Assembly: GCA_963708045.1 (NCBI GenBank)
Contig: OY970181.1
Coordinates: forward strand, 195,740 to 259,739
Direction: 5' to 3'
DNA: 64,000 nucleotides
Source of the DNA: an uncultured bacterium
GTDB taxonomy: Bacteria; Patescibacteriota; Patescibacteriia; CAIQCM01
In this document: piece by piece, positions 19,701-28,821 of the stretch
How positions within the stretch are numbered: position 1 is the stretch's first letter
Layout: every line of letters starts with the position of its first letter
Program-made: the position numbers and the translations under genes
Notes under the pieces: generated by a model
Database searches by the model: none
Seen by the model: only the letters and a program-made list of their open reading frames with translations
What the model was told of the DNA's origin: nothing

Positions 19701-22700
19701 TATTCGCGCCCGAGGTCGTGATTGTCGCTCCGTTATCATAAGCTTCTTGAAGCGTTGTCGCGCCCGCGGTATCGCAATCTTTCCAAGCAATATTTTCAAA
19801 ACAACGGAATTTATTCGCGTTAGCGTTATAGTACATCGCGCCAACTGATCCCGTGGGGTCGCCGGCGCTAGATTTTATGTCGGTAACCAAAAGGTCAGGT
19901 GTGGTCACGCCGGCACCAGAACCGATTTGAACATTTGCAGTCTGCCCCGCGCCCGCAACTTGCAGTGAAAGATTTCCCGCGCTCGTGCCCCAGGTAGCGG
20001 CGGCGGCAGAAGTAAGCGTTAAGGCACCGGATGATGATTGCCAAGTTGCCGCGCCGGCCGAAGTAATATTCATTGAGCCCGCAGCAGTCAAAATTGTTGA
20101 TGTACCAAGTGAAACCGTGCCCGAACCAGCTTGGAGCGTTAAATTTCCGGCTGAAGTTGACCAGGTTGAAGCCACGCCAGCGGTAACGGTAATGGCCGCG
20201 CCCGAGACAACACCAATCGCGCCAGCCGCCCCACTCCCAATTGTCACCGTTCCCGTGGACGTTCCATTATTAATATTTGTATTAAAATTTGACGAAGAGT
20301 TTAAATTAACCGCCGCGCCCGTAACATTCAAACCAAGCGAGCCAGTAAGCAGTTGACTCGCGGTTAAGGCGCCGTTTATTGTTGTGGTTATTCCGCTTCG
20401 CGAAATGGAAATTGCCGAGGCATTCGTCGTGCCAACGTTCACCGTTCCCGCCGTACCCGTCGCCGTTCCCGCGTCAATCGTGACGTTACCAGAATTTGAT
20501 GTTGCCCCACCAGCATTTCCCGTAACAAGCGACACGGCGGCGGAATTGGTAGAGCCGGCGGTTTGATTTAAAGTTTTTAATGTAAGGGTGCCGGTGCTTC
20601 CCGAAGAAATCGTTGTCGTTTGGGCAAAAGTTAGGTTGCCCAGATTATCAATCCGCGCGCGTTCAACCGGCGAACCGACATTAAGCGTTTCAAAACGGAT
20701 CGCGCCGGTTTCGGCGCCTGGCGTCACGTTGGTAAGAATTCCAGAAAGCCGCGCGGCCGGGACTTCGGTGCCAATATTATTTTGCGCGCGCAAAAGCATT
20801 CCCACGCCAAGACCGGCAGCCGGCGTGCCCGAGGTTGCATGTTCCAAAACAAGAACGTCGGAAATGTCGTTATTGATCGCGTCTTCTTGTTCCACATAAA
20901 GCTTAGTACCAGTATGCGGCGTACTAGTTCCAAGGCTAAGCTGTTTACTCGCGTTGTCCCAGTAAAATTCATTATCGCCCGTTTGCGTATTTGATCCGTT
21001 CCAAAAAGAAACTTGTCCGGACGTACCTGTACCCGACACACTCGCGCCGCCAGCGCAGTCAATCCAAGCATTATCAATGTAGCAGCGAAAAGTTTTAGTA
21101 ACCGTATTATAATAGGTGGCGCCGTTGGTTGACGGCGGGGTGGCGGGGTCGGAGGCTTTGTTTGAAAAAATTAAAAGCGACGAGTTGGCAATTTTAATAT
21201 TTCTTGTCGCCGAAAGATTAAGGTCGGTTGTTGCGTCAGAGTTTGTAATTGTGTTTGTTCCAGCAGCAAACGTAAGCGTGCCTGATGAAGAAGAAAGTGA
21301 AAGCGCCGCGCCGCCGCCAGACGAAACCGCGAGTGCCCCAGTACTTGCAAGCGAACTACCCGAGAGTGTTGTCGCGCCAGTAACTAGACTTGTGCCAAAA
21401 TAACCCGTGCGCCAGCGATTTCCACTCGCGCCAACATCCAAAGCATTATCGGTTGTACCAGGTTGAAGCGTGCCCACTTCGGTGATGCGCAATTGTTCGG
21501 TCAGAACGCCGCCGCCCACGCGCGTAAAGAAACCAAGCATTGAATCTTCGGTGCCATTTGCGGTGTTGGTTAAGACTGCAGAAATACCACCGCTATCGGC
21601 GAGCGCGCCAGCATCATTTTCATTTCTAAATAAAAGATTTGAACCAATACCGTTTCCGGCCACGGCGGTCGTGGTGTGATCAAGCACAAGAACGGTTGAT
21701 GAATTATTATTAACCGCGTCATCCAACGAAATATCGGCCTTGGTTCCGGCGGGCGGTGCAGTGGCGCCAATTTGCAACTGATCGGCGAAATTTTTCATTT
21801 GATTAATGAGCCCGACTTCGGTCCACGTTCCCAAACAATCTTGCCAAACACCGGCTTTATAGCAACGGAATTTATCATCAGCAGAATTGTAATACATCGC
21901 GCCGTTAACACCACTTGGATCGCCGGAAGTTGATTTGGCGTCCATAACCAATAGATCAGGCGTTGCCGATGGCGCACCCGTTCCAATCTGGATATTTCCC
22001 GTTCCGGAACCGGCAGCAATGAACGAAAGGTTACCTGCCAAAGTTCCCCAAGTGGCGGCCGAAGCCGAAGTTAACGTAAGCGCGCCGGCGGAAGTTGACC
22101 AGGTAGAAGTTGCACCGGCGGTGAATGTCAGCGCACCGGCGGAAGTGAATTGCGACGCGGCGGTTGGCGTAAGGTTAACAGCGCCCGTGCCGGTCGCGTT
22201 AAAGTCGCCCGAAGTTAAGGTGAAAAGAATCGGCGTTGATGACGAGGTTGTTACCGAAGCGCCAGCGTTATAAGCCGTCTGAAGCGTTGTCGTGCCGCCC
22301 GTCGTATCACAGTCTTTCCACCCTCCACCTTCGTAACAGCGAAATTTTGCGGCTATGGAATTGTAATACATGGCGCCGTTCGCGCCCCCCGCAGGATCGC
22401 CAGCGTTTGATTTCAAATCAACAACCAATAAATCAGGCGTTGTTGATCCTCCGGCGCCGATTTGAACATCGGCCGTCACTCCAGTTCCAGCCGCCTGCAA
22501 AGAAAGATTTCCAGCCGACGTTCCCCAAGTTGAAGCCGCGCCGGCGGTAAAAGTGAGCGCACCGGCCGAAGTAAATTGCGAGGCGGCTGTCGGCGTAAGG
22601 TTAACCGCGCCGGTGCCAGTGGCGTTAAAGTCGCCCGAAGTTAAGGTGAAAAGAATCGGCGTTGATGAACCGGTAATAATCGCGTTTCCATTATTATATG

Positions 22701-25700
22701 CCGTTTGTAAATTAACCGTGCCGCCTGTTGTGTCACAGTCGGACCACGAACCGTTTAAATAACAACGAAATTTATTTGTAGCTGAGCTGTAGTAAATAGC
22801 GCCATCCACGCCAGACGGATCAGCAAGCTGACTTCCCAAAACCAACAAATTTGAATCATCTATTTTTGTGTTAGCCGTTGCTTTCAAAATTATATCCGTC
22901 GTTGCGTTGGTGTTAGATATCGTATTAGTACCAGCGGCGAGTTTCAAAATTCCCGAACCCGAATCAAGCGAAAGGTCGCCACTCGTCGTTCCCCAAGTTG
23001 AGGCCGCGCCGGCGGTAAAGGTGAGTGCACCAGCCGAAGTAAATTGCGAGGCGGCGGTTGGCGTGAGATTAACAGCGCCGGTGCCGGTCGCATTAAAGTC
23101 GCCCGAGGTTAAAGTGAAAAGAATCGGCGTCGATGACGAGGTCGTAATTGAACTGCCGTTATCGTACGCACTTTGCAAAGTAGTCGCGCCTGAAGTATCG
23201 CAATCTTTCCAACTGATATTTTCATAGCAACGGAATTTATTAAGGTTAACATTATAGTACATTGCGCCAACCGATCCCGTTGGATCGCCGGCATTTGATT
23301 TTAAATCAACAACCAAAAGATCGGGCGTGACTGATCCAGCGCCAGAACCGATTTGAATATTCGCAGTTGTCCCGCTTCCGGCTGGCTGAAAAACTAGATT
23401 ACCCGTTGCCGTGGCAAGCGAACCATCAGCCAGGGTCGTGTTTGCGTTCACAATCGCGCTTGTGCCAAGATATGCTGTACGCCAAACATTTCCCGTTGCG
23501 CCGATGTCTTCGGCGTTGCTGGTCAAAGCTGGCAACAAGCCAGCGGCTGTTATACGCAGGCGTTCGGTCGCGGCCCCGCCGCCGGTTCTAGTTTCAAAAC
23601 TTATTGCCGAGGCTTCAGCGCCCGAGGCCGCGTTGGTAAGAAGGGCATTAATGTGCCCGACGTTGGTTATGGAACCGGCGTCATTTTCGCTCCTAAAATT
23701 TATTCCCAATCCAATCCCCGCCGCCGCCGTTCCGCTAGTCGTATGATCAATCGTCACGACATTTGAAATATCGTTAGCCGTCGCGTCGTCGGAAACGATC
23801 TGTAGTTTGGTGTCTGCAACTGGCGACGCCGTACCAATACCAACCTGATCAGAAATAGTGGTAAGCCGCGTAACGCCGCTCGCGCTTATAAAAGCGCCAA
23901 CTGCGCAGCCGCCCCAGACTCCGTTTAAATAACAGCGCATTTGATTTGTCGCGGTGTTGTAGTACATCGCGCCGTTTGTCGCGGGCGGCGAAGCTGGGTC
24001 AGCTGCTTTTGATGACATCACAACAAGCGACGAATCGGCGATCTTCACGTTGCGCTGACTGCCGATAATAAGGTCGGTGCCAACGTCGGTGTTTGACAAA
24101 GAATTTGATCCGGCACCCAAAGAAACCGTACCCGAGCTGGAAGCAAGGCTTAGCCCACCAGTCGCATTGACCGTAAACGAACCAGTTGAAGTTACAGAGC
24201 TGCCGGCATAAGTTGCTGAACCGATTACGACGCTCGTTCCAAAATAACCCGTGCGCCAGCGATTTACCGCCGAACCAATATCCTGACCATTGTCGCTCGC
24301 GCCAGGAATAAGAAAACCCTGATCATCTATACGCAAGCGCTCGGTGAGCGGACCGCCAGCCGTGCGTGTTTGAAAAGTAAAAGCGCTATCTTGCGCGCCC
24401 GAAGTCACATCGGTAAGAATTGAAGTTATGCGACCGCTTAAACTTGGAGTACCAACACTGTTTTCCGCGAGAAAAACCAAACCGTTGCCAATTCCGTTTG
24501 CCGCCGCTCCTGTCGTTGAATGAACAAAAGCGCCAACGTCGGTATAAGTATTATTTGCCGTGTCGTTGACGGAAACAGAAAGCGGTGCCGTTGTCGTGTT
24601 TGTTCCAATGCCTAAATGTTTGGTCGTGTTATCCCAAAACAATCCGCTATCGCCGGTTTGCGAATTTGTCCCATTCCAAAAAGCAACCTGACCAGCAGAA
24701 CCAATACCGGTTACCGTGCCGCCCGTAATGCAATCCATCCACCCGCCACCAGCAAAACAGCGAAACTTATCCGTTGCTGTATCGTAATACATTGCGCCAT
24801 TAACGCCAGTTGGATCGGTTGCTTGTGAGCCCAAAATTAAAGTGTCAGCATCGGCAATTTTTATATCGCCCTCGGCATCAAGCACAAGATTAGTGCCGAG
24901 GTCGGTATTAATAATCGTATTTGTTCCCGCGCCCAAATGTAAAAATCCAGAACCAGCGGTCAAAGAAAGGTCGTTTGCGCCGCCCGAGGCAATTTCTAGC
25001 GCGCCTGTTGCATTAAGGTTGGTAGTGGTTCCCAAAGAAATAATTCCCGACCCGGCCTGCAGAGTTAAGTTGCCAGCGGTCGTGCTCCAAGTAGAAGCAC
25101 CCGCGCCAGTAATTGTTAGCGCGCCTGTACCCGAAGACAAGTTTACCGCGCCTGTGCCAGTGTATGATTGGCCAGGCGCCACGCTTACGCTTCCAGTACC
25201 GGAGAAAGAAATTAAATCAGCGCCGCCGAAAGTTTCAAACCGAACAAGCGGCGCGGTCTGTGTTGAAAATCCTGTTACGGTAAATTGCGTTTCGTCGGCT
25301 GTAGGTACGCCAGCCGTACTTAAATCAGAAAGATAGGCGACGGTACCGGATTCATTTTTAAAAGTAATTGTTCGCGACGAAGTTGGATCGGTAATTGCAA
25401 AAGTTGTTTTGTTGGCGTTTGCCGTTGCTCCGTCAAAAACAAGCGGCGAAGCGCCGAGAATATTTCCTGAAGAAAAGACAATTCCCCCGTTTGCCGTTAA
25501 CGTCGCCGCCGTTGTTAAATCACTTTGAACCGTAGTTGTGATGCCGGTTTTTCCAAGGGTAATCGCCATTGCATTTAAAGTACCGAGGTTAAGGGTTGTT
25601 GCCGAATCCAACGTAAGTGCGCCGGCCGAAGTTGACCACACCGAAGCCGCGCCAGCCGTAAGCGTAAGGGCGCCGGACGAAGTAAATTGCGACGCGCTGG

Positions 25701-26598
25701 TCGGCGTTAAATTTATCGCTCCCGCGCCAGTCGCATTAAAATTTCCGTTTGCCAAATTAAATAAAATCGCATCTCCCCCACTCGTATTAATTGTTTGGCC
25801 ATTATTATAAACCGATTGCAGGGTTGAAGTACCGCCAGTTGTGTCACAGTCAGCCCACGAACCATTTACAAAACAACGAAATTTATTTGTTAGCGTATTG
25901 TAATATGTCTGACCATTAACACCCGACGGATCAGCGACAGCCGAGCCCAAAATTAAACCGCCGCCGATTGTCGTGAGCATTCCCGCGCTACCCAAATTTA
26001 CATTTTGCGTTAGCGTTAAATTTCCCGAGGCGTCGGTAACCGGCACAAACGCCGAGGCGCCGCCGACAGCCGACGTGCCAAATGAATTTAATTTCAAACT
26101 ATTTAACGATTGATATACCGCCGACATCCGCGTGCGCGGTGTCATTTCGGCATCGGTATTAATTTTTAAACCCAAGTAACGACTGTCGTCGGAAAATATC
26201 GCGTCTGGCAAATTATTTTGTCCGCCCGAAGTTGAGTCGCCTAAAAGTACAGAAAATAATCCATTAGTAACACCGACCGATACCGTCCCAAGCAACCCGC
26301 AATCAGTCGTATTTGCGTTTGCATCAGTATCAGCCGCTGACCAAACACAGGTGCCGCCCGAAGCAGAATCGTAAATAGCGATCTGCATATTGTAAGTTCC
26401 ATTTGCAACATTGCTTCCAGCTGTATCAGTCAACCGTCCTTGGTAATTTAAAAGTCTAACAACACCACTTGCACCAAAGGCCGGCTTAGCAATTCCAAAA
26501 AATAGTGAAGAAAAAATTAAAAACGACAAAACAAAACCAGACCAAGCCGCGCGGCGCGCACTTGGCAAAAAATGTTTCAATGTATTTTTAAAATTCAT
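16795..26598 (-). CDS. Giant (~3270 aa) secreted Gly/Thr/Ser-rich fibre/adhesin with a C-terminal intramolecular-chaperone (Peptidase G2-like) domain and Pro-rich tail
   Basis: Signal peptide; LNYQGRLTD N-domain; nine GAMYYN-KFRCY-W-DC modules; ADLAEW...IGVVST...LAGRVPVKV. Confidence 0.8.
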   Translation of the reverse strand: MNFKNTLKHFLPSARRAAWSGFVLSFLIFSSLFFGIAKPAFGASGVVRLLNYQGRLTDTAGSNVANGTYNMQIAIYDSASGGTCVWSAADTDANANTTDCGLLGTVSVGVTNGLFSVLLGDSTSGGQNNLPDAIFSDDSRYLGLKINTDAEMTPRTRMSAVYQSLNSLKLNSFGTSAVGGASAFVPVTDASGNLTLTQNVNLGSAGMLTTIGGGLILGSAVADPSGVNGQTYYNTLTNKFRCFVNGSWADCDTTGGTSTLQSVYNNGQTINTSGGDAILFNLANGNFNATGAGAINLTPTSASQFTSSGALTLTAGAASVWSTSAGALTLDSATTLNLGTLNAMAITLGKTGITTTVQSDLTTAATLTANGGIVFSSGNILGASPLVFDGATANANKTTFAITDPTSSRTITFKNESGTVAYLSDLSTAGVPTADETQFTVTGFSTQTAPLVRFETFGGADLISFSGTGSVSVAPGQSYTGTGAVNLSSGTGALTITGAGASTWSTTAGNLTLQAGSGIISLGTTTNLNATGALEIASGGANDLSLTAGSGFLHLGAGTNTIINTDLGTNLVLDAEGDIKIADADTLILGSQATDPTGVNGAMYYDTATDKFRCFAGGGWMDCITGGTVTGIGSAGQVAFWNGTNSQTGDSGLFWDNTTKHLGIGTNTTTAPLSVSVNDTANNTYTDVGAFVHSTTGAAANGIGNGLVFLAENSVGTPSLSGRITSILTDVTSGAQDSAFTFQTRTAGGPLTERLRIDDQGFLIPGASDNGQDIGSAVNRWRTGYFGTSVVIGSATYAGSSVTSTGSFTVNATGGLSLASSSGTVSLGAGSNSLSNTDVGTDLIIGSQRNVKIADSSLVVMSSKAADPASPPATNGAMYYNTATNQMRCYLNGVWGGCAVGAFISASGVTRLTTISDQVGIGTASPVADTKLQIVSDDATANDISNVVTIDHTTSGTAAAGIGLGINFRSENDAGSITNVGHINALLTNAASGAEASAISFETRTGGGAATERLRITAAGLLPALTSNAEDIGATGNVWRTAYLGTSAIVNANTTLADGSLATATGNLVFQPAGSGTTANIQIGSGAGSVTPDLLVVDLKSNAGDPTGSVGAMYYNVNLNKFRCYENISWKDCDTSGATTLQSAYDNGSSITTSSSTPILFTLTSGDFNATGTGAVNLTPTAASQFTSAGALTFTAGAASTWGTTSGDLSLDSGSGILKLAAGTNTISNTNATTDIILKATANTKIDDSNLLVLGSQLADPSGVDGAIYYSSATNKFRCYLNGSWSDCDTTGGTVNLQTAYNNGNAIITGSSTPILFTLTSGDFNATGTGAVNLTPTAASQFTSAGALTFTAGAASTWGTSAGNLSLQAAGTGVTADVQIGAGGSTTPDLLVVDLKSNAGDPAGGANGAMYYNSIAAKFRCYEGGGWKDCDTTGGTTTLQTAYNAGASVTTSSSTPILFTLTSGDFNATGTGAVNLTPTAASQFTSAGALTFTAGATSTWSTSAGALTLTSASAATWGTLAGNLSFIAAGSGTGNIQIGTGAPSATPDLLVMDAKSTSGDPSGVNGAMYYNSADDKFRCYKAGVWQDCLGTWTEVGLINQMKNFADQLQIGATAPPAGTKADISLDDAVNNNSSTVLVLDHTTTAVAGNGIGSNLLFRNENDAGALADSGGISAVLTNTANGTEDSMLGFFTRVGGGVLTEQLRITEVGTLQPGTTDNALDVGASGNRWRTGYFGTSLVTGATTLSGSSLASTGALAVSSGGGAALSLSSSSGTLTFAAGTNTITNSDATTDLNLSATRNIKIANSSLLIFSNKASDPATPPSTNGATYYNTVTKTFRCYIDNAWIDCAGGASVSGTGTSGQVSFWNGSNTQTGDNEFYWDNASKQLSLGTSTPHTGTKLYVEQEDAINNDISDVLVLEHATSGTPAAGLGVGMLLRAQNNIGTEVPAARLSGILTNVTPGAETGAIRFETLNVGSPVERARIDNLGNLTFAQTTTISSGSTGTLTLKTLNQTAGSTNSAAVSLVTGNAGGATSNSGNVTIDAGTATGTAGTVNVGTTNASAISISRSGITTTINGALTASQLLTGSLGLNVTGAAVNLNSSSNFNTNINNGTSTGTVTIGSGAAGAIGVVSGAAITVTAGVASTWSTSAGNLTLQAGSGTVSLGTSTILTAAGSMNITSAGAATWQSSSGALTLTSAAAATWGTSAGNLSLQVAGAGQTANVQIGSGAGVTTPDLLVTDIKSSAGDPTGSVGAMYYNANANKFRCFENIAWKDCDTAGATTLQEAYDNGATITTSGANIAYTLTSGNFNATGAGAVNLTPTSASQFTSGGALTLTAGAASTWSTSSGALTLTAGAASTWSTLVGALTVDSASALNLGTSGATSVSLGKTGITTTNNGALTVTQTLTANGNITLSSGNVTGASPLSFDGATADAVKTIFAITDPTVTSKTITFPNATITVNAAADISGTTLASGVVTSSLTTVGILTSGSIASGFGTIATANTISTSNNISTTGSGTITSAGLLTGNLGLTVSGAAVSLNDNSNFNTSINAGTSTGTVIIGNSSLASIGFTSGTGAQTFTSSNATGVTTASSFVFNDTSLTSGTLLRLNSTSTSGKIVDINFTNTTGTIMNGAYGAATNQGAGALIGLAFDMNANLTAPSAGQNITGFDLKLPTASTTSNATIYNGYNLTTAGAITNGTAGSFLWHGVNVTLPGITQSAGGAVTASGVMVNTGTITTNGTANGVEIAAAGIGAGSLNGLGISNITGGAGTETAINIGAGWDQGLTIGVTPSATTGRTIDVAGNWGGNSLNNVHLTTANDTVTVSTKALVYFLSLCNVTTTCSTGNGTQGAAPTTTFNITGLPNTDGTFAFIETQVQRIGVGGGANENATIIVQVNGTQVSTVTAGAANTNSVVIIENYTIVRANGAWRVVGTPGTADSADLAEWIPYSGDEPVAGELVSLDTNNPVTVVRSSGTDNKKLIGVVSTLPHTTLGKDDGHSVRLALAGRVPVKVSDENGAIGAGDYLTLSSVPGVAMKATSPGFVIGQVLSSANGDDASEAIMLIKNTYYPGDEPALSLVMGRLIDSKDLPNGITSFALDIQAETPHDPIAALIDRINAGAKIAADFVAARVTAIRGYFDETHQRKLCVGDAKTGNETCITKDQLDQLLNSQQNVNAPSAPPAPVPVVNEPVTNTPTPPVEPVTTTPSTEEPVVNEPATDPDTINEPAAESAPPTDEPMPEPTVSEPSAEISPAPQAEPTPTETIPVSQE

Positions 26599-27289
26599 TG
26601 AATTTGTCTGTTTTTTTATAAACAACAGAACAAATAATTTCTCTGGTCGGTTTATAACAACCAAGACTCTTTCTCCTCATATATATTATACACCTCGCCG
26701 GACGTTTAAGAAATATATATATCCACAAATTTTTTATTTAAAAACAATAAAAAAATAGCAGGGATGGTAATGCCAACCCCGAATTGTATCTGTCTTCCTT
26801 CCTACCAACTTCCTAATTGCAGAATACTAATTTTGGTTGATAATACGATCCCTGCATGATTCCGCTTACGGCACGCCGATGACGCAATGGAATTTTTGCA
26901 GAAAACTCTGGCTAGTGATTTTTCACATCCAGTAATTTTATGCTTAGCGATGTATCCATCAAAAGATGGACTTTATAAAGAGCTATAGGTCAAACCCCTA
27001 ACGCTTAACAACATTTACGTAATTTGACGTAAATATTTGCCGAAAGTAATTTTCTGCAATTATTTGCGTAAAACTAAGCAAATTTTTAAGAACCATTTTC
27101 ACCCCTAACTTACCGTGTTTTTATAATACCATTTTTTTACAAAATTTTCAACCCCCAAAAGTGGACAACTCTGTGTATAGATTGTGTATTTGTATACACT
27201 AGCGTACACAAATACCTTATCCACCCTCTGTGTTTAACCTTATTCGTAGTTTCTTTTAGCTTGACAAGTAATTAACTTGTCTGATATAT

Positions 27290-27305
27290 TGTTCCACGTG
27301 GAACT
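27290..27305. promoter_or_regulatory. parS-like palindrome
   Basis: TGTTCCACGTGGAACT against consensus TGTTNCACGTGAAACA. Confidence 0.65.
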
Positions 27306-27698
27306 ATGTTATCTGAAGATTTTCTCGCGGGATATATATCTGGTCAAGGCACGTTTATGAATATCAGGGTTAGAAATACTCACTACCCCGTTTTTCAAAT
27401 TAAATCGTCGGTTGATAATTATGGTTTACTGCTTAAAATTGCCAAGTCGTTAAATGCCTTTAACTGTGTTCATAAATACAAACATGGTAAACAAACTTAT
27501 TCAATCTTGATTATCAGAGACCGGCAAACGATTTTAGAAACCCTGATACCACTTTTAAACGATCGGATTGAGGGCGAGAAAAAAACTAAATTTTTTGTGT
27601 GGAGAGATGAGTTTCTAAAAAATTGTTCCACGTGGAACTATAGGGAAATAAAAAATACTAAAAATATCCAAATTGATGACGAGCCCAAAGAAGAGTAG
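27306..27698 (+). CDS. Single-motif LAGLIDADG endonuclease-like protein
   Basis: FLAGYISGQGTF...YPVFQI...LIPLL; AT-rich. Confidence 0.65.
   Translation: MLSEDFLAGYISGQGTFMNIRVRNTHYPVFQIKSSVDNYGLLLKIAKSLNAFNCVHKYKHGKQTYSILIIRDRQTILETLIPLLNDRIEGEKKTKFFVWRDEFLKNCSTWNYREIKNTKNIQIDDEPKEE
27624..27639. promoter_or_regulatory. Second parS-like palindrome (inside the ORF)
   Basis: Identical TGTTCCACGTGGAACT. Confidence 0.6.
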
Positions 27699-27787
27699 TT
27701 ATTCCGTATGGAACAATAATCTATACACATATTTGGATTTAACGGCTAATAGTAGGGGAATAATTTGGGGACACAATGTTTATAACT

Positions 27788-27820
27788 AAAATACACCCCG
27801 TTTATAACGGGGTGTATTTT
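27788..27820. terminator. Bidirectional terminator after tRNA-Ala(CGC)
   Basis: aaaatacaccccgttt/taacggggtgtatttt. Confidence 0.75.
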
Positions 27821-27822
27821 AT

Positions 27823-27893
27823 TGGACTCTAGGAGAATCGGACTCCTGTCTCCGCAATGCGAATGCGGCGTACTACCACTGTACGAAGAGCCC
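27823..27893 (-). tRNA. tRNA-Ala(CGC)
   Basis: GGGCTCT/AGAGTCC acceptor with G3:U70; CCGCA-TTCGCAT-TGCGG anticodon arm. Confidence 0.9.
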
Positions 27894-28116
27894 GAGCGAG
27901 GCGCAAAGTACAAAATAATATTTTGGACTTTTGCCGAGCGAGGGCTCTAAAATCGCGACTACTGTCTTTAAGAGCGATTTTCAGAGCCTACGTATGGATA
28001 TTGGTACTCCACGACTATTTGATTGAATACTAACGTTTGACTGTATATTTATACACAAGTTGACAAATATTTGCAAATGAAATATAGTACCGTACTAGAA
28101 CGAATTTATATTTCAT

Positions 28117-28746
28117 ATGCCAAAATTAATACCAGAACAAAAAATCGCGCTTATAAAGGAACTCCGTAGAACCGGTCACAGTATTCCAGAAATAAGCACT
28201 GTGACCAGTTTACCAAAATCTTCTGTTTTTAGATATATCCAAGGCGTGGATATAGATAAAGACTTTCAAGGACGATTAAATGATCGGCGCCGCGCTTCTA
28301 CCGTTAGAAAAAACAGATTAGTCAACGAATCCAACCGCCACGCAAACGATCTAATAACGAGCATATCAAAAAATGAATTACTTCTTATAACAGCTTCGTT
28401 GTATTGGGCTGAGGGAGCAAAAAAAGATTTTTCTTTTGCAAACACCGACCCAGAAATGGTTAGGTTGTTTATCAATTCGTTACGAAGAAACTTTAATGTC
28501 AAAGATGACGAATTAACGATTAGTATTAGATTATACGAAGATTTAGATGAAAAAATAGCAATAATTTTTTGGTCTAAAATTGTCGGATTCCCTTTGGAGG
28601 GAAAGGTTCATATAAATTTATTAAAGGGAAAGAAGAACGGTAAATTACCTTATGGTATGTGCCGGGTTCGAGTTCGTAAAGCTTCCAAACTGCACAAATT
28701 GATATTTTCAATCATAAATCGTATGATTGATCTTACGCTCCCATAG
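28117..28746 (+). CDS. HTH plus LAGLIDADG-like protein
   Basis: N-terminal LRRTGHSIPEIS...PKSSVFRY HTH; LYWAEGAK...FANTDPEMV motif; stop codon lies inside tRNA-Arg. Confidence 0.65.
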   Translation: MPKLIPEQKIALIKELRRTGHSIPEISTVTSLPKSSVFRYIQGVDIDKDFQGRLNDRRRASTVRKNRLVNESNRHANDLITSISKNELLLITASLYWAEGAKKDFSFANTDPEMVRLFINSLRRNFNVKDDELTISIRLYEDLDEKIAIIFWSKIVGFPLEGKVHINLLKGKKNGKLPYGMCRVRVRKASKLHKLIFSIINRMIDLTLP

Positions 28747-28808
28747 TTCAATGGATAGAACGAGAGACTCCTAAGCTCTAGATCCATGTTCGATTCATGG
28801 TGGGGGCA
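28737..28808 (+). tRNA. tRNA-Arg(CCT)
   Basis: GCTCCCA/TGGGGGC acceptor; anticodon loop CTCCTAA; T arm CCATG-TTCGATT-CATGG. Confidence 0.9.
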
Positions 28809-28821
28809 CTTAGAAAAAAAT

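Noticed and set aside
16880-25810. Many plus-strand ORFs opposite the giant gene
   Set aside because: Antisense shadows of a Gly/Thr/Ala-rich reading frame.
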